Shown here: in pieces, positions 13,836 through 27,461 of the stretch
Numbering within the stretch: position 1 is the stretch's first letter
Layout of the letters: every line of letters starts with the position of its first letter
From: Octopus vulgaris
Taxonomy: Eukaryota
Reading direction: 5' to 3'
Length of the DNA stretch: 64,000 nt
Assembly (NCBI GenBank): GCA_951406725.2
Contig: OX597815.1
Location: forward strand, 121,582,001-121,646,000
Notes under the pieces: generated by a model
Database searches by the model: none
The model's input: the letters and a program-made list of their open reading frames with translations, nothing else
Told to the model about the DNA's origin: nothing
Made by a program: the position numbers and the translations under genes

Positions 13836-15517
13836 AAAGGTATATGGAGTACTCAGTGTTGTAGTCTCAAATCAGGAGCCATTGCAAAAGTTTATGAATA
13901 ATATTTTAATTTATTTTCGGCTGTTTGGTTATTATTAGAAAAAGCAGAGTATCAATAACAAAAAAAAAAAAAACTAATTTTCTCTGATTTTTTTTTTTTT
14001 ATATAAAACCTGAAACGGTCTGTAAATACTGCCTATTAATATTCTGATCAATCTGAATGAGTATAAAGAGATGGTTATTGTTGAGTTAGATCTCTATTCT
14101 TTCATTTTTTTCCCCGACCTTCTCTAACACTCACAATGGTAGCTAGACAGATTTAGAAGAATTAGAACTAAACGCAAAAAAAAAAAATTAAAAAATAGAT
14201 AAATATTAGTGATGATGCAAAGCAGGACAAAACTACAACAGAAGCTAATTATAACAGACATAATAATGATGGTAGCATCTGAAACAAAAAACAACATCAA
14301 ACAAAACAAAATGTTTTAAACACAAACTTATTATAAGGTAGTAAACAGCTAGAAGAAATCCACCATTTTTTTTTATTTCAAACATTTGCAAAACTGTTTG
14401 AATATACATTGAAGGTTATTTTTGTTCCTTCACAGCACTCAATTTAGAGCAGTTAATAGCTGATAATATAATATTGATTTTTTTTTTATTGATAAAGAGT
14501 ATTTTTGTCTTTTGGGGTTTTTTGTATTTTTTTTTAGTTGATTGAAATGATTCGTTGTATTATTATTGTTTTTATCTGAATGTATTTCTTTGTCCAGGAG
14601 GAGACAAAAGACAGTCAACCTTATGCATTGTAAAATAAGAAAAAAAATGATTACATATTGTTAAGCATTCAGCTTGATGTTTTGCTATCTGCAACATCTT
14701 TATGCCTTCATTTTGTTTCTTTACTGCAATTTTGACAAAGATGTTGAACAGTTTGAGCAAAATTTCATTATAAGGTCAGCATTCTATATTGGGTACATTG
14801 TTTCTAGGAAGAGGCTTTAAAATATATGTTGTTATCACCATCATCATCATCATCATCATTTTAATGTCTACTTTTCCATGTTTGCATGGATCAGATGAGA
14901 GCACATTGGAGCAGAGTTTTCTATGGTTGGATGCCCAACAACCATCCGTTTCCAAGCAAGTCTATCAGACAACAAACAACTTGGACATGGTTGCCTGGAG
15001 ACTGGAGACAAATGGCATCATAAGAATGAGCCTTTTGCTTACAGAAACCATGCAATGTGTCAAGGCATGCTTTTTAACACCATCTGCATGAACAGTGAAG
15101 CTATTCTTTTCAACCAGTGAATACATGTGAAAGCAACAGGAAATACAAACTCACACAAACACACACTTACATGAATATCACTCATCCTTTACTTGTTCCA
15201 GCCATTAGACCGGCCAATTGAAGAATTTTAGTTGAATGAATAAACCCCAGTACATTATTTTTTCTTACTTATGTTAGCTATCGTTCTCTTTTGCTAAACC
15301 ACTAAGTTACAGGGACATAAATACACCAACACCAGTTGTGGGGGACAAACACAGATTACACACATGCACACACACACACACACACACATCCAAATATATA
15401 TATATGACAGGCTTCTTTCAAATCTTACAAAGATTTGATTAGCCTGAGGCTATACTAGAAGACACTTGCCCAGTGAGACTGAACACGGAACCATGTGGTC
15501 AGAAAGCAAACTTCTTA

Positions 15518-15751
15518 TTTCTTTATTGCCTACAAGGGGCTAAACATAGAGGGGACAAACAAGGACAGACAAAGGGATTAAGTCAATTACATCGACCCCA
15601 GTGCGTAACTGGTACTTAATTTATCGACCCCGAAAGGATGAAAGGTAAAGTCAACCTTGGTGGAATTTCAACTCAGAACATAACGGCATACGAAATACCA
15701 CTAAACATTTTGTCGGCGTGCTGTTTCTGCCAGCTCACCACCTTGCAAAGA
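15518..15751 (-). mobile_element. SINE family B nested in a family A SINE (about 15180-15785), with a 17-bp TSD
   Basis: AGAAAGCAAACTTCTTA (15501-15517) and AGAAAGCAAAGTTCTTA (15752-15768) flank the insert. Confidence 0.8.
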
Positions 15752-16989
15752 AGAAAGCAAAGTTCTTACCACTCAGCCCCTTGCCTGTACCTTCTTATAT
15801 ATTATTTATTATTTAATAACTGCTTGATTTGGCTCCATGCAACTTAGTTTCATAGGCTCTTCAAATGACCCAATCTAATTAGGATTATAGAGACCGAATG
15901 ATTTGAGTGCAAATGGCATCGGTATAATGGGCTATTATGGTTAACACAGGTCACGTTGTGTCATTGATATAGTAGTAAAATCAGTTTCAATTCTGTATTC
16001 CAATCTGAATTCCTAGGACCATGTACTAGGACTAGGTTTTGGTGGCTACTGTCTATTTACACAACAGGCTTCTCACAGTTTCCCTTCACCAAAACCACTC
16101 ACAAGTCCTTGCTATGGTACAGGCACTTGCCCAAGGTACCACACAGTAGTACTGGATCCAAAACCTTGTGGCTTAGAAATTAACTTCTTATCCACACTAT
16201 CATATGTAAACACTGTATGTGTTAAAATAGATTTGGCTGCAATTACAAATAATTTTAGGTCATCTAAACTACTAGAAATAATAGCCAAATCTCCATCAAA
16301 TTATACCATATTGTCTTTAAAAAGGAAGATACATAGATACATCAGGTAATACATTCTTAGAGGCACTGAAAAATTGATGGTCTGGGTCATGACTGGATTG
16401 TCTTTTATGGTAGCTTGATCATGCTTGACCTGAGCCTTAAACAATTAAAATAGTGTTCTAGTAGATAAATAATATGGAGAACTGAAATTTTCTCTAACAT
16501 TTGTAAACCTCAGAAAATATATGCCTTGCTGTCAACAAAACATAGGTGTAACATTAATATACTAGAACCTGTTATATAAAATGGAAAATACATATTTAAC
16601 CACCTGAATATGGCAAACACAAAACAAACATACATATCAAAATAGTTACAACAGTGATTGTTGCACTAGGTCTATGATTCTATGATGAGTATTTAACCAC
16701 TGCTAGAGTATCTCATAATTTGAGACAAGCACATATAAGCTATCATGTCAATCTTTGCCTCTAAATCATTTAGTCATAAATATTTTATAGCCAAATATAT
16801 GCAGTGGGTTGTCATTCTCACATTGCACTCTAAATGACCAGTCATTGTATGAAGTAAAGTTTGTGTTACAATACCAACTGAGTAAAGATTGATATAACGG
16901 TTGCTCAGAATATATGTATACTGTCCTCTTGCTTTAGTTATACTGAAACTGAACTGACCAAAGTTACTCTATTACAAATTTCTTTGACA

Positions 16990-17176
16990 TTTCTTCTTTG
17001 ATAGTGTTGAGACTTTGTGTTTTGCCCTAGTGACTAGTTCGCCAGACTGATCTTTGGACTTTAGACCAGTTAGTCTGATTTGAAGCTTTTTGTCTGACGT
17101 TATGTAAGCCTGATTGTTAGTATATTAAAGCTTTCAGGGATGCAACTAATCCTGTGTTGTTGCCATAATAACTATA
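16990..17176 (+). repeat. 187-bp direct duplication, copy 2
   Basis: Matches 12428-12614. Confidence 0.9.
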
Positions 17177-19490
17177 ATAACTAATAATTGTTTTATTATA
17201 AAAATGTTGCACCTTCCCTAATAATGTTTGAGTTACTTCTGAAGCTTTTTAGGAACTGGTTTCCACACTTTAGTTTCTAGGATGTTTATATTTTTCAATC
17301 ATTCATTTAATTTGGTTTGTTTGCAGTGTGGTGACTACATTTAGGCATTTCCTATTAGCTAGGCAAATAATATTTACTCTCTTGCTCAACACTATAATGA
17401 TATGCTTATGTAAAAAAAAATCAGAAATCACAATCTGACTCGCACACAGAATGTATATATTTCTTTATTTTTCTTCATTAGCATGCAAGAAACTAGATTA
17501 TTAGTTTTACACTGCTAATTTTACATGTTCTTTTCTATTATCTAATATGAGAAGGAGAGAAAGTGCCCAAAATTTTATTAGGCCTTCTCACACAGGTGGA
17601 GTTGCAGTTAATGTTAAAGCTGGCGTTTTTGCTTGTTGATATTTGTAAAGGAAATATTTGAAGAGAGATCTGGAGTATCAAGTGTGGGGTGTTGGTGAAG
17701 TGAAACACAGTTGGGATAATAAGAAAAGGAGTGGAAATATAGAAGTGGTACACAACTATTTTGTTTAAACAAAGAATTGCTGTAGATTCAACATAAGTGA
17801 CAGATAGTAACTGCAGTGGTTTGTGTGAAGAAAAGTTTGTCAAGAAGTCAAATGGCTTTTACTTGGATGTAATCCAGGATTCTCTATCCTAAATATTTGA
17901 GTAGATTTTTCATGTGGTGTGTACTTGTGCTTTTTAAAATGAAGCATCAGTTCAGGGCTGAAATATTTTCTGACTTGGAATAAAGCCCACACAGGAAAAT
18001 GTATAATTACTCACATAATCTTGACTTGTTATTTTCTAAAAATTTGGCATGCAGTCTATCTTGATACTAGTTACTACTTTATGAAATATGTTAATATGTT
18101 TTTTAACCCGTCGTAATATTGAAATAGATTTACTTTAGGATCATTTGTAGAAACATAAGTACAACTATACATCATTTAATCCTGAGCTTATAGATACAGG
18201 AATGACTGCATGGTTATGGAGATCACTATGAAACCATATGATTCTAGCTTCAGTACTGCTATACTGCATCTTTGTGAGTGAATTTAGTAGACAGAAAATT
18301 GAGAAACCCTTTGACTCTGTGTGTGTGTGTTATGTAAAAAGGTAAAATCCCAGCCTTTTCTCTGTCTGGAGAATTTCTAATAGCAACTTCCTTATATGTC
18401 TATCTAACATGTAAATCTCTGTAATACCTATTAACAAATGAAATGGTGATAAATAATACCAAAAAATTTTCAAAATTTCTGTTTCATTATATGTATATAT
18501 ATCACTCTCTCAGAGTGTAAAGTAGTTTGTATGATGCTTGTGTATGAACAGCTATAAAAAAAATAGGTGCTCACCAACTAAACCTTTCAAAGTGTCTCTC
18601 TAACATGGCTTCAATCTAATAACTAAAACTAGTAATAAAAGAGCATAATCCTTGACTAAAAAGTAAACAATCCTTGCTGTCTTTCCTGCTGACATTTTGC
18701 AGCTTCTACATACTGTTCCACTTCCTTTATCTGTATTATACTATAATCTTCAGTGTTTGTCATTATAGTTTTACCTATTCCAAAATGTAAAATATATTAC
18801 TAAACCAAATAAGAATTGCTTCACATATGGTATTCTTGCACACACATTATGGCTTTCTGTTTCTATAATGTTAAGCTTCACATCTTCATTTACTAGCCAA
18901 AACACAGGAGATCCTTTTTACCTGAAGAATTAATCACACTACATGGCTTAAATTTACCATAGAATACAGTGTTTTCTTTTTCTTTTCACAGAATGTGCAT
19001 TATTTTGATCACTATCATCCTGCAGTATATAGAGTCATATTTTTTGTGCAGCATGCTACAGCAGACTTTGGTCTTCAGTGTTACTGTTTCATTTTTTTTC
19101 TCATAACTTGAAAATTTTCGTGTCTCCTATTATTTTTTATTTTCTCTTTATCATTCACTTTCCAGTCTTTCCTTTAGGCTTTTCAGCAGCCATGTTTATT
19201 TCTTCATTCAGTTGTCTATAAGTGTGGGACTCCTTTTCCTTCATTAACATATTATCAAACATTCTCATTCCATTCCAACTCTTCAAATATTTTATTGCCT
19301 GTACTAATCAGCTACGCTCTATCTATCTATTCCAAGAAGATCATTCCTAACTATAAGGAATATGTTTTGTCTTTAAACATATAAATATTTAAAAAAATGT
19401 ATTTCTATAATATGGTATCTTGAAAGTAAATATAACTTGCTATATGCTTAGTGTTAATCATATAAATAAAAAAATATGAGTATAGTATCT

Positions 19491-19876
19491 TATAATAATA
19501 ATAATAATAATAATTGTGTACAGTGCTCAGGTGCACTACAACTCATCTAAAGTGTATATATAATCAGGTGTAGTTTCGGCGGATCTCGGAAAGCATGAGG
19601 GCCTTAAAGGATGCAGTGTCATGGCAGTCAACAACTGACGCAGGCGGTTTATTCCATGCTTCAGCAACTCTGAGCGTGAAAAAATGTTTCCGAAAGTCAT
19701 GGGAGCTGTGTTGTTTTCTGACTTTGTAGGCATGTCCACGTGTGTTAGACACATGGAGATCAAAAAGGTGTTCAGTGTTGTTGTTGGTGAGGTGGTTGAT
19801 AACTTTGTGGGTGTTTACCAAGTCCGTCGCCAGACGCCGGAGCTTCAGTGAATCCATGCCCAGGGAAACAAGGCGC
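19491..19876 (-). mobile_element. 5'-truncated CR1-clade LINE (ORF2 C-terminus, 3' UTR and (TTA)n tail)
   Basis: RRLATDL...TRGHAYKV...RKHFFTLRVAEAWN is the canonical CR1 ORF2 end. Possible TSD TATAGTATCT (19481-19490) / TATGGTATCT (19877-19886). Confidence 0.85.
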
Positions 19877-20239
19877 TATGGTATCTGATTTTGAACTTTT
19901 CTTTTTACCTGTCTTAACATAAAATGATATTTTATTAGAAGCAAAATATTGAGGACAAAGAAGTTTTTATGAGTCACAACAATTTTGTAAGCTTTATGTT
20001 ACATTATATCAGACACAGGTTGTCATTAACCAGTTGGAGGAGGTGTTCTCCTGGGGTTAAAAAAGAGTAGTAACATTGTTCCATACAGAACAGCCTTATT
20101 GAAGTGGTAACAAACATTACTTTTCAGTAGAGTTACTACTTGCATCACTTATCGAGACTTTAAAACTAGCTACTTTGCTTGTGTTATATTGGTTTGTCAG
20201 ATAAATTCATTGGTTCTTTTCCACTTATTTTAACCCTTA

Positions 20240-20990
20240 TATTTCATCTACTGTTTTAACAAATCAATCAATAATATATTTTCCTTTATTGTTCCTGACT
20301 TCCTGCCAATGTTCCCCTAGCATGTCAATACCTTGATTGCAGAAACCACTAGGTCTTTACTCAAAGAATTCATCAAGTCATGTTTTCAGCTCCATATTGT
20401 TGTTGAATGAAATACCTTTCAGACTGTTGGAGAGTGACTGAGAAAGGTGATAATCTGAAGGCCCTATATCAGAAGAATACAATGGGTGTAGTAGAACTTT
20501 TCAACTAAACTCTTCAATAGCATTTTTTGTCAAATTAGTGAGTACTGTCATGTTGAAGAAGCATGTTGTGTTACTGATGGGGGTCATTTCATCTGGATTG
20601 CCAATCGAGTGAAGGTTTCAGGCAATGGTATCATGAAAGGATCCCATCTATCAGGCCAATTCCTTTGATAATTGGCATGGATTCTCAGAGATGAGCTCAA
20701 TCTTCATTGAATTAAACACATTGGTCAGAATGTGGAGAATCACTGAGGTTGTATTTCTCCTCCTTGATGAGTGAAAACTATTTCTGTGCAATTCTTTCAG
20801 AAATAATACTTTCTCTATACACAACACAAATATCTCTAGTGATTTTGGCAGCTTTGAAGCCTTATTTTAATGCAAAGAGAAGCAAATATCAAGAATGCTA
20901 ATTTTTTTCTACTTGACACTCCATTGTCATTTGTCTGAAAAGAGGCAAAATTCACTGACATTTCAAAAACAATAAACAAAAGTTATGGAG
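20240..20990 (-). mobile_element. Decayed mariner transposon relic
   Basis: Minus strand gives LLQHDSTH (LHDNA-like) and YSSDIGPSDYHL (YSPDLAPSDYHL). Boundaries are approximate. Confidence 0.7.
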
Positions 20991-21194
20991 GAAGAATAGG
21001 GCTACAAAAAAAGAAAAAGAAAAAAAAACTAATAAAACACCATGATAAAAACATTTCTGTATCAATTCAAATAACATTGTAAAGTAACAAACAAATATAT
21101 CTGACAACTCAATAATTAGATTTGTATTAATTATATTAACATGAAACAAAAGTTTAGATTATTGGTACTGAAGAAACAGAATTGAAGTTTGGAA

Positions 21195-21670
21195 AGAGTT
21201 TTAGTGTGAAGAAGTGTCATACCCTAACAGTGGAGGGAACTTGTGGATGACATAGACCCAGGAAGACATGGGATGAGGTAGTGAAGCTCAACCTTCAAAA
21301 TTGGGCCTCACACAAGCAATGGCAAGTGACTGAAACCTTTGGAGATATGCCATGCTTGAGAAGATCCAGCAAGCCAAGTGAGATCATAGTTGTGGCTGAT
21401 GCCAGTGTTGCATAACTGGCTCATTTAAAAGCACCCTTCAGTTGTTGGGTGACATGCCATGCTTCTGAAAACCTATTGAACCAAGTGAAATCGTAGTCAT
21501 GGCCCCTACATTCGCGGAGTGGTTGACATTTGGAAGGGTATCCAGCTGTAGAAACCTTGCCAAATCAGATTGAAGTCTGGTGCAGTTTCCTAACTTGCCA
21601 GTTCTCAGTCAAACCGTCTAACCCATGCCTGCATGGAAAGCAGACATTAAACAACAATGATGATGATGAT
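21195..21670 (+). mobile_element. RTE-clade LINE 3' end (ORF C-terminus, 3' UTR, (GAT)n tail)
   Basis: VKKCHTLTVEGTCG*HRPRKTWDEVVK... resembles the RTE C-terminal G.R.RGRP.KTW motif. It runs into the GGAAGGGTATCC/CCATGC..GCATGG tail seen in many short copies (e.g. 8060, 10615, 12640, 21730, 25790, 50850). Confidence 0.75.
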
Positions 21671-22319
21671 ATATATATATATATAAAAGTAAAGAAACAA
21701 GCAAAAATAGATCTACCAAAACAGACCTTGTCAGTGCTGGTACCACATAAAATGTACGCCATTCCACTCTATAAAGTGGTTGACATTAGAAAAGGAATCC
21801 AGCTGTAAGAACCATGCCAAAGCAAACAGTGGAGCTTGGTGCAATCTTCTGGCTTTCCAGCTCCTGTCAAACCATCCCACCTATGCCAGCATGGAAGATG
21901 GATGTTAAATAATGATGATGATATATAAAGTGGAGAAAAAGTGAAGTTCATATGAGTGTCATAGATGGATATATTTTTAAGAAGGAATGCAGCAGAATAC
22001 ATAAGGTTACCAAATTTATTGAGAGAGTTTGAGAGCAATGGGTAAGACAAGAGATAACAATTTCTGAGAGTAAAGTAGTGTAACAGTAGTGGGAAGGAAA
22101 TGGAACTTTCTTAAGGATGCATAAAAAAATCATGTAACTAGGGGACTAGTAGTTGTTTTTTAGTGGATATAACATTCAGACTATTAGCAAATATGTTAAA
22201 GTGTATTAGAAAAAGTTAATTGCTGATTAGGACACTCTATTTTGTTATGCAACCATGGTATACTATCAAGTATATATTACTGTCCCAGATAACTATAGAT
22301 TTTCTATAGATATAAGAAA

Positions 22320-22394
22320 TTCTATAGAAATTAGAGCCAGCACTGAGTAAATCAAACATCATGACTTTCAGTGCTGGCTCTAATTTCTTTAGAA
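22320..22394. repeat. Near-perfect 75-nt hairpin (27-bp arms)
   Basis: TTCTATAGAAATTAGAGCCAGCACTGA / TCAGTGCTGGCTCTAATTTCTTTAGAA, 1 mismatch, 21-nt loop. Confidence 0.85.
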
Positions 22395-23685
22395 AATTTG
22401 TGGAGCTAACTTTAAAAAATGATTAGATTAAGTATTATAACCATGACCAGCCCATCTTTTATTAGACATACTGTATCTAAGACTGCACTTACCAATATGT
22501 TCTCTTTTTTTTTAAGGCAGTATCTTATGATCTGAAGGAGATTTGATTGTTATTTCTTTATTGATAACAGTTGGAGCTTGTAATGCACGTGGAAAACAAA
22601 TTCTGAGTGTTTTCTACAATAACAATTAGAGTTGATAATTAGTGGAAAACATTCTTAGAGTTTATTTTTGATGTTGTTGACATAATTTCACAAAATGTTA
22701 GTCATGGTTTCTTAAAAGTGCTTTGAGTTTGATTCCTTGGAGTTAAAAGGATTAAGTATTTATGGCATTTGAATCTTTCTACACAGAATCTTTGTCTTGA
22801 CCATCAAGTAGAAGTATAGCTTTTATGATTAAATGTCAAGGCTTTAATCAAATCAAGATATGGTATAGGTTTACATTACTGATATCAGTTTGTTATTGGT
22901 ATGTATTTTATATGTATTGGAACTGTAGCAGTATAAGGGTATTTAACTCACTATCTTAAGGTTGTGAGTTCGATTCCCAGTGGCTCGTTGTATTCTTGAG
23001 CAAGACACTTTATTTCTCATTGCTCCAGTCCACTCAGCTAGCAAAAATAAGTTGTATATATATCTCCTAGAGAACTACATTAATGGTGTGCGTGTTAATT
23101 TCACAAGCAGGCCGTTCTGTTGATCAGATCAACTGGATGCCTTGCTATTGAAACTGATGGAGTACAAACCGAAACTGAAGCTAAACTGTTGGTGTATATT
23201 TCATATGTGAATAGAACTAGTTTACTGATAGTATAATTTCATATATTATCAGTATATATTTTATATGTATTAGAACAGTAAACTTTCACTCCATTTTTTC
23301 AAAATGAAAACAAAAAAAAGACAAAAATACAGCAGTGGTTTATTATCTTTTATTTGTTTCAATCATTGGACTGCAATCATATGATGGGCTCTATCAGTTT
23401 CTGCCTACCAAATCCACCCTGATGCTATAGTAGAAGACATTTGCCTAAGGTGCCACATAGTGGGACTGAACCTGGAACCATGTGGTTGGAAGCAAACTTC
23501 CCTTATATTTTTATATTATTCCATTCAGCATGTGCATCTTTTTAGATATTTACATAAGTTTATATTCATGTACGCTGTGTTAAATTTTAATGGGAATTAC
23601 AAAAGAAAGTGGATAAATGATATTTAAAGAAAATATATTAAACTTTGGCTCATCATCTGCTAACTGATAACATAATGTCCCATTC

Positions 23686-24126
23686 ATCATCATCATTTAG
23701 CGTCCGCTTTCCATGCTAGCATGGGTTGGACGGTTCAACTGGGGTCTGGGAAGCCAGAAGGCTGCACCAGGCCCAGTCTGATCTGACAATGTTTCTATGG
23801 CTGGATGCCCTTCCTAATGCCAACCACTCCGTGAGTGTAGTGGGTGCTTTTTACGTGCCACCGGCACAGGTGCCAGACGAGGCTGGCAAACGGCCACGAT
23901 CGGATGGTGCTTTTTACATGCCACCGGCACAGGGGCCAGGCGAGGCTGGCAATGGCCACGAATGGATGGTGCTTTTTACGTGCCACTGGCACGGGGGCCA
24001 GGCGTGGCTGGCAACGGCCACGAACGGATGGTGCTTTTTACGTGCCACCGGCACGAGGCCAGTCAGGGCGGCGCTGGCAACGGCTACGTTCGGATGGTTC
24101 TCTTACGTGCCACCGGCACTGGTATC
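23686..24126 (-). mobile_element. RTE-tail family copy carrying a GC-rich 62-66-bp minisatellite (23843-24126)
   Basis: (CAT)n tail and CCATGCTAGCATGG; repeat units start at 23843, 23906, 23968, 24030 and 24096. Confidence 0.8.
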
Positions 24127-25420
24127 ATTTTATTTATTAAAGTATGTTTAAAATATATGAATTCTACCTGATTTTAATATCTTACTTCTGAATAAGGCAC
24201 TAGGCTAGCAGAATCATTAGCATGCCAGGCAAAATGCTTAGTGACATTTTATCTGTCCTTGTGTTCTGAGTTCAAATTCTGCTGGGGTCAACTTTGTCTT
24301 CCATCCTTCTGAAGTCAGTAAAATAAGTACCAATTGAGCACCAGAATTGATGGAATTAGCCTCTACCCTGAAATTGCTGACCTTATGCCAAAATTTGAAA
24401 CTAATATCTTATTTCTGAATAAAATCATGACCCCCTCCATAGCACTTCCTCTGACATTTGCCATCATCTGATGAGCACACAACACACCTGAGTGAGCTCT
24501 AACACCCAGTTTTCAAAATGCCGCTACATTAGAATGATGAATTATTATATAATCCTAAGCATTTAAGCTAAGAACAGTAAATTTTTATCTCTTATTTTAC
24601 ATTCCAGACAGTGTCATCTTTTCTTAATAGTATTAATGAAAAATGAACATTCTTCGTGGTTTTGCATTATTTTTTCTGTGCCTCTAAAGTGTGATATGCC
24701 AGATCAATTTAAGTCTAGAGAGAGAGAATGTGGTGGATTATTTTAAATGATAATTGATGTGATGGTAATGGAATATGTTGATTTCAGATATGATCAGCTG
24801 AGATTTAGAGAAATTGGATTGGGAACAAAGAAATAGCTAATGATAAGAATGGTATGAATGTAAAAATAATATTTACAGTAACAGCTATAGCATTTCTCTT
24901 TAGAGAAGTTTATCTTGCTTATGAAATATTTCATTTTGTATCCCATTTTTTATTATTTTGCTTTGCTTTTTATTCTGTTGTTGCTTTTTTAAAAAAACAT
25001 AGTGCATAGAAAAACAGCTGTTAATTAAAATAATATACACATATAGGTGTAGGTATCACTGTGAGGATGAAAAGCTTGTTTCACAAATGTGGTTTTGGGC
25101 TCAGTCCCACTGTACAGGCCTGGGCTGACTAAAGCCTCATGAATGAATTTGGTTGGCGGAAACTGAAAGAAGCCCATCGTATATGAATGTGTGTGTTTAT
25201 TCTTGTCTTTGTTCCACATTTTGGCAGTAAGTGTGCATCACTGTCATTTTACAAATGATGTTTGTTCATTTCTAGTCTTCCTTGGGAAACATGCCTCTCT
25301 ACAGGAAATGTTACCTTGCTTTGAAAGAAGTGAGGGTTGGTAGCAGGAAAGGTACCCAACAAATTCTGTCTGACCCATACAAGCATGAAAAGGTGGACAT
25401 TAAATGATGATGATAACATA

Positions 25421-25629
25421 CAAGGGGTGCTGAAGAGTTTTAAGGGAACCACAAAAGGCCTGTTTGGAGGCCTAACCTTCTGAACTTTTTTACAGGACTT
25501 AGAGAAACTGAAGCACTACTGCAATAAGTGTGTGAATCTGAGTGATGAATATGTTGAATAAAATCATAATTAATTGGCCTTCCTATATTTTCTTTTACCC
25601 AAAGCCAGGAACTTTTCAGCAATCCCTCA
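25421..25629. mobile_element. Tc1/mariner-type MITE
   Basis: TA-CAAGGGGTGCTGAAGAGTT ... AACTTTTCAGCAATCCCTCA-TA imperfect TIRs with TA flanks. Confidence 0.65.
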
Positions 25630-27461
25630 TATTTGTATGCATAAAGCCATTGATTCACTACAAGTCACTTGAAATTTTGTGGGATTCACATTCTTGGACT
25701 TTATTGGAGTGAATCAATTTGATATATAAAATGTGTACTCTACAACATATTCTCTACAACAAACCAAGCATGCATCACATGTCCAACAGAGTGTAGAAAC
25801 ATTGCCAGATCAGATTGGAGCCTGGTGCAACTGCTGGCTCTCCAGATTTCAGTCAAACTGTCCAACCCATGCCAGCATGGAAAACAGGTGTTAAACGATG
25901 ATGATGATGACTTCCATTATATCATTATCATTATGTGTCTTTCAATGCTGGTATGATCAATACTTCAATGAGATGAAATGTGTGTGTTTGTGAAAGAATA
26001 GGATAGCTGACAATTGAACAAGAGGTCAGTGATTTGTGTTCTGTTATCAGTACTCTCAAATAGCCCAAAATTTCTCCTTAGAAAGAATTGGGTTCAATAG
26101 AAAGGCAATGGCAACCCTCCCTCTCTGATGTATCAAAGTGTTCTGAATGTGTGTGTGCCTTATGACCACCAGATGTCAGTTTAACCCACTTGTTCCAAAC
26201 ATCAACATTACCATCATCATCATTGTTTTAATGACCACTTTCCATGCTTACATAATTTGAACAGAGTTTATTGAGGCAGATTTTTCTATTGCCAAATGTC
26301 CTTCCTGTATCCAACTTTGATTCCAAATAAGGTAATATTTCCTTATGGCCAGGCATGTTTTTCTAGGTGAGGTGGCAGAATTGTTAGCATGCCAGTCAAA
26401 ATACATAGTGGCATGTCGTCTGTCTTTATGTTCTGAGTTCAAATTCCTCTGAGGTCAAATTTGCTTTTCATCCTTTCAAGGTCAATAAAATAAAGTACCA
26501 GTTGATCAGTGGGGTTAATGTAATTGACTTGCCCCCTCTTTCAAACTTGCTAGCCTGGTACCAAAATTTGAAACTAATGTATAATTATTGTCATTATTTG
26601 TGCTAGAGTGAAAAGAGTGTGAGATGAAGAAAGATGGGGATTGAGGTGAATGCAGTGAATATCAGAGGGCGGAGAAGTGAAGGAAAGGAAATAGGTGTGG
26701 GTCTCAGTGCTGCAGCAAGAGGTGCATTTGGCTAACAGGGTACTTGGGGAAAAATACCAGTGATACTAACTACCAACCATTCAATAAAACAAACAATGTG
26801 ATATTAACTAGTTAGTTTATGATACTTAGCACTCTGTAAATCCATTGTAACAACAATGTGCTGCACATTTATCACGTTATAAAATATAATAATTAATGAA
26901 TATGAATAGAGATATTGGACAGTATTTAGATTCATTTTCATTTATTATCTATATCTGTCTGTGTCCATTCAGCCATGTGTCCATCCATCCATCTATTTAT
27001 CTATCAGTTTATCTAACTATCTATCTATCTAATATAATATAATATACATTGTGTATATTATGCTTGAAAACTCAAACTCATTTATAACTTATGTAATATA
27101 TTATATAATACATCATAGAATATATGAACCACATTTGTACAAACTGAATTTGTGGTGTTCAAATGAAAGAGATACATTACTGACATGATGCACATAGTGT
27201 TGTGTTCTTGCACATAACAGTTTATTTCATGTGTCTCAGTTTATGTAGTTGCCAAGAAAAGGTGCAGGTCAATTTAGAATGTTAAATGTAATAGGCTGCC
27301 TTGGGAAATTTTATCTCTCATCAACTTCACATCATGAAATGAGAGCTCAGCACTATCTCCAAGCTCTGTCCCACTGTGGTTTGGAAATATATATTCTGTA
27401 TCTGAATGCAAAAATATAGTTCTTTCATCAGTAACTATGCTATCATATAAAATTTATAGTT

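Noticed and set aside
13520-13938. Poly-Met/Ile/Ser/His ORFs
   Set aside because: Translation of the (CAT)n microsatellite.
23843-24126. CRISPR-like repeat array
   Set aside because: Units are tandem near-copies without unique spacers, the context is eukaryotic, and there are no cas genes.
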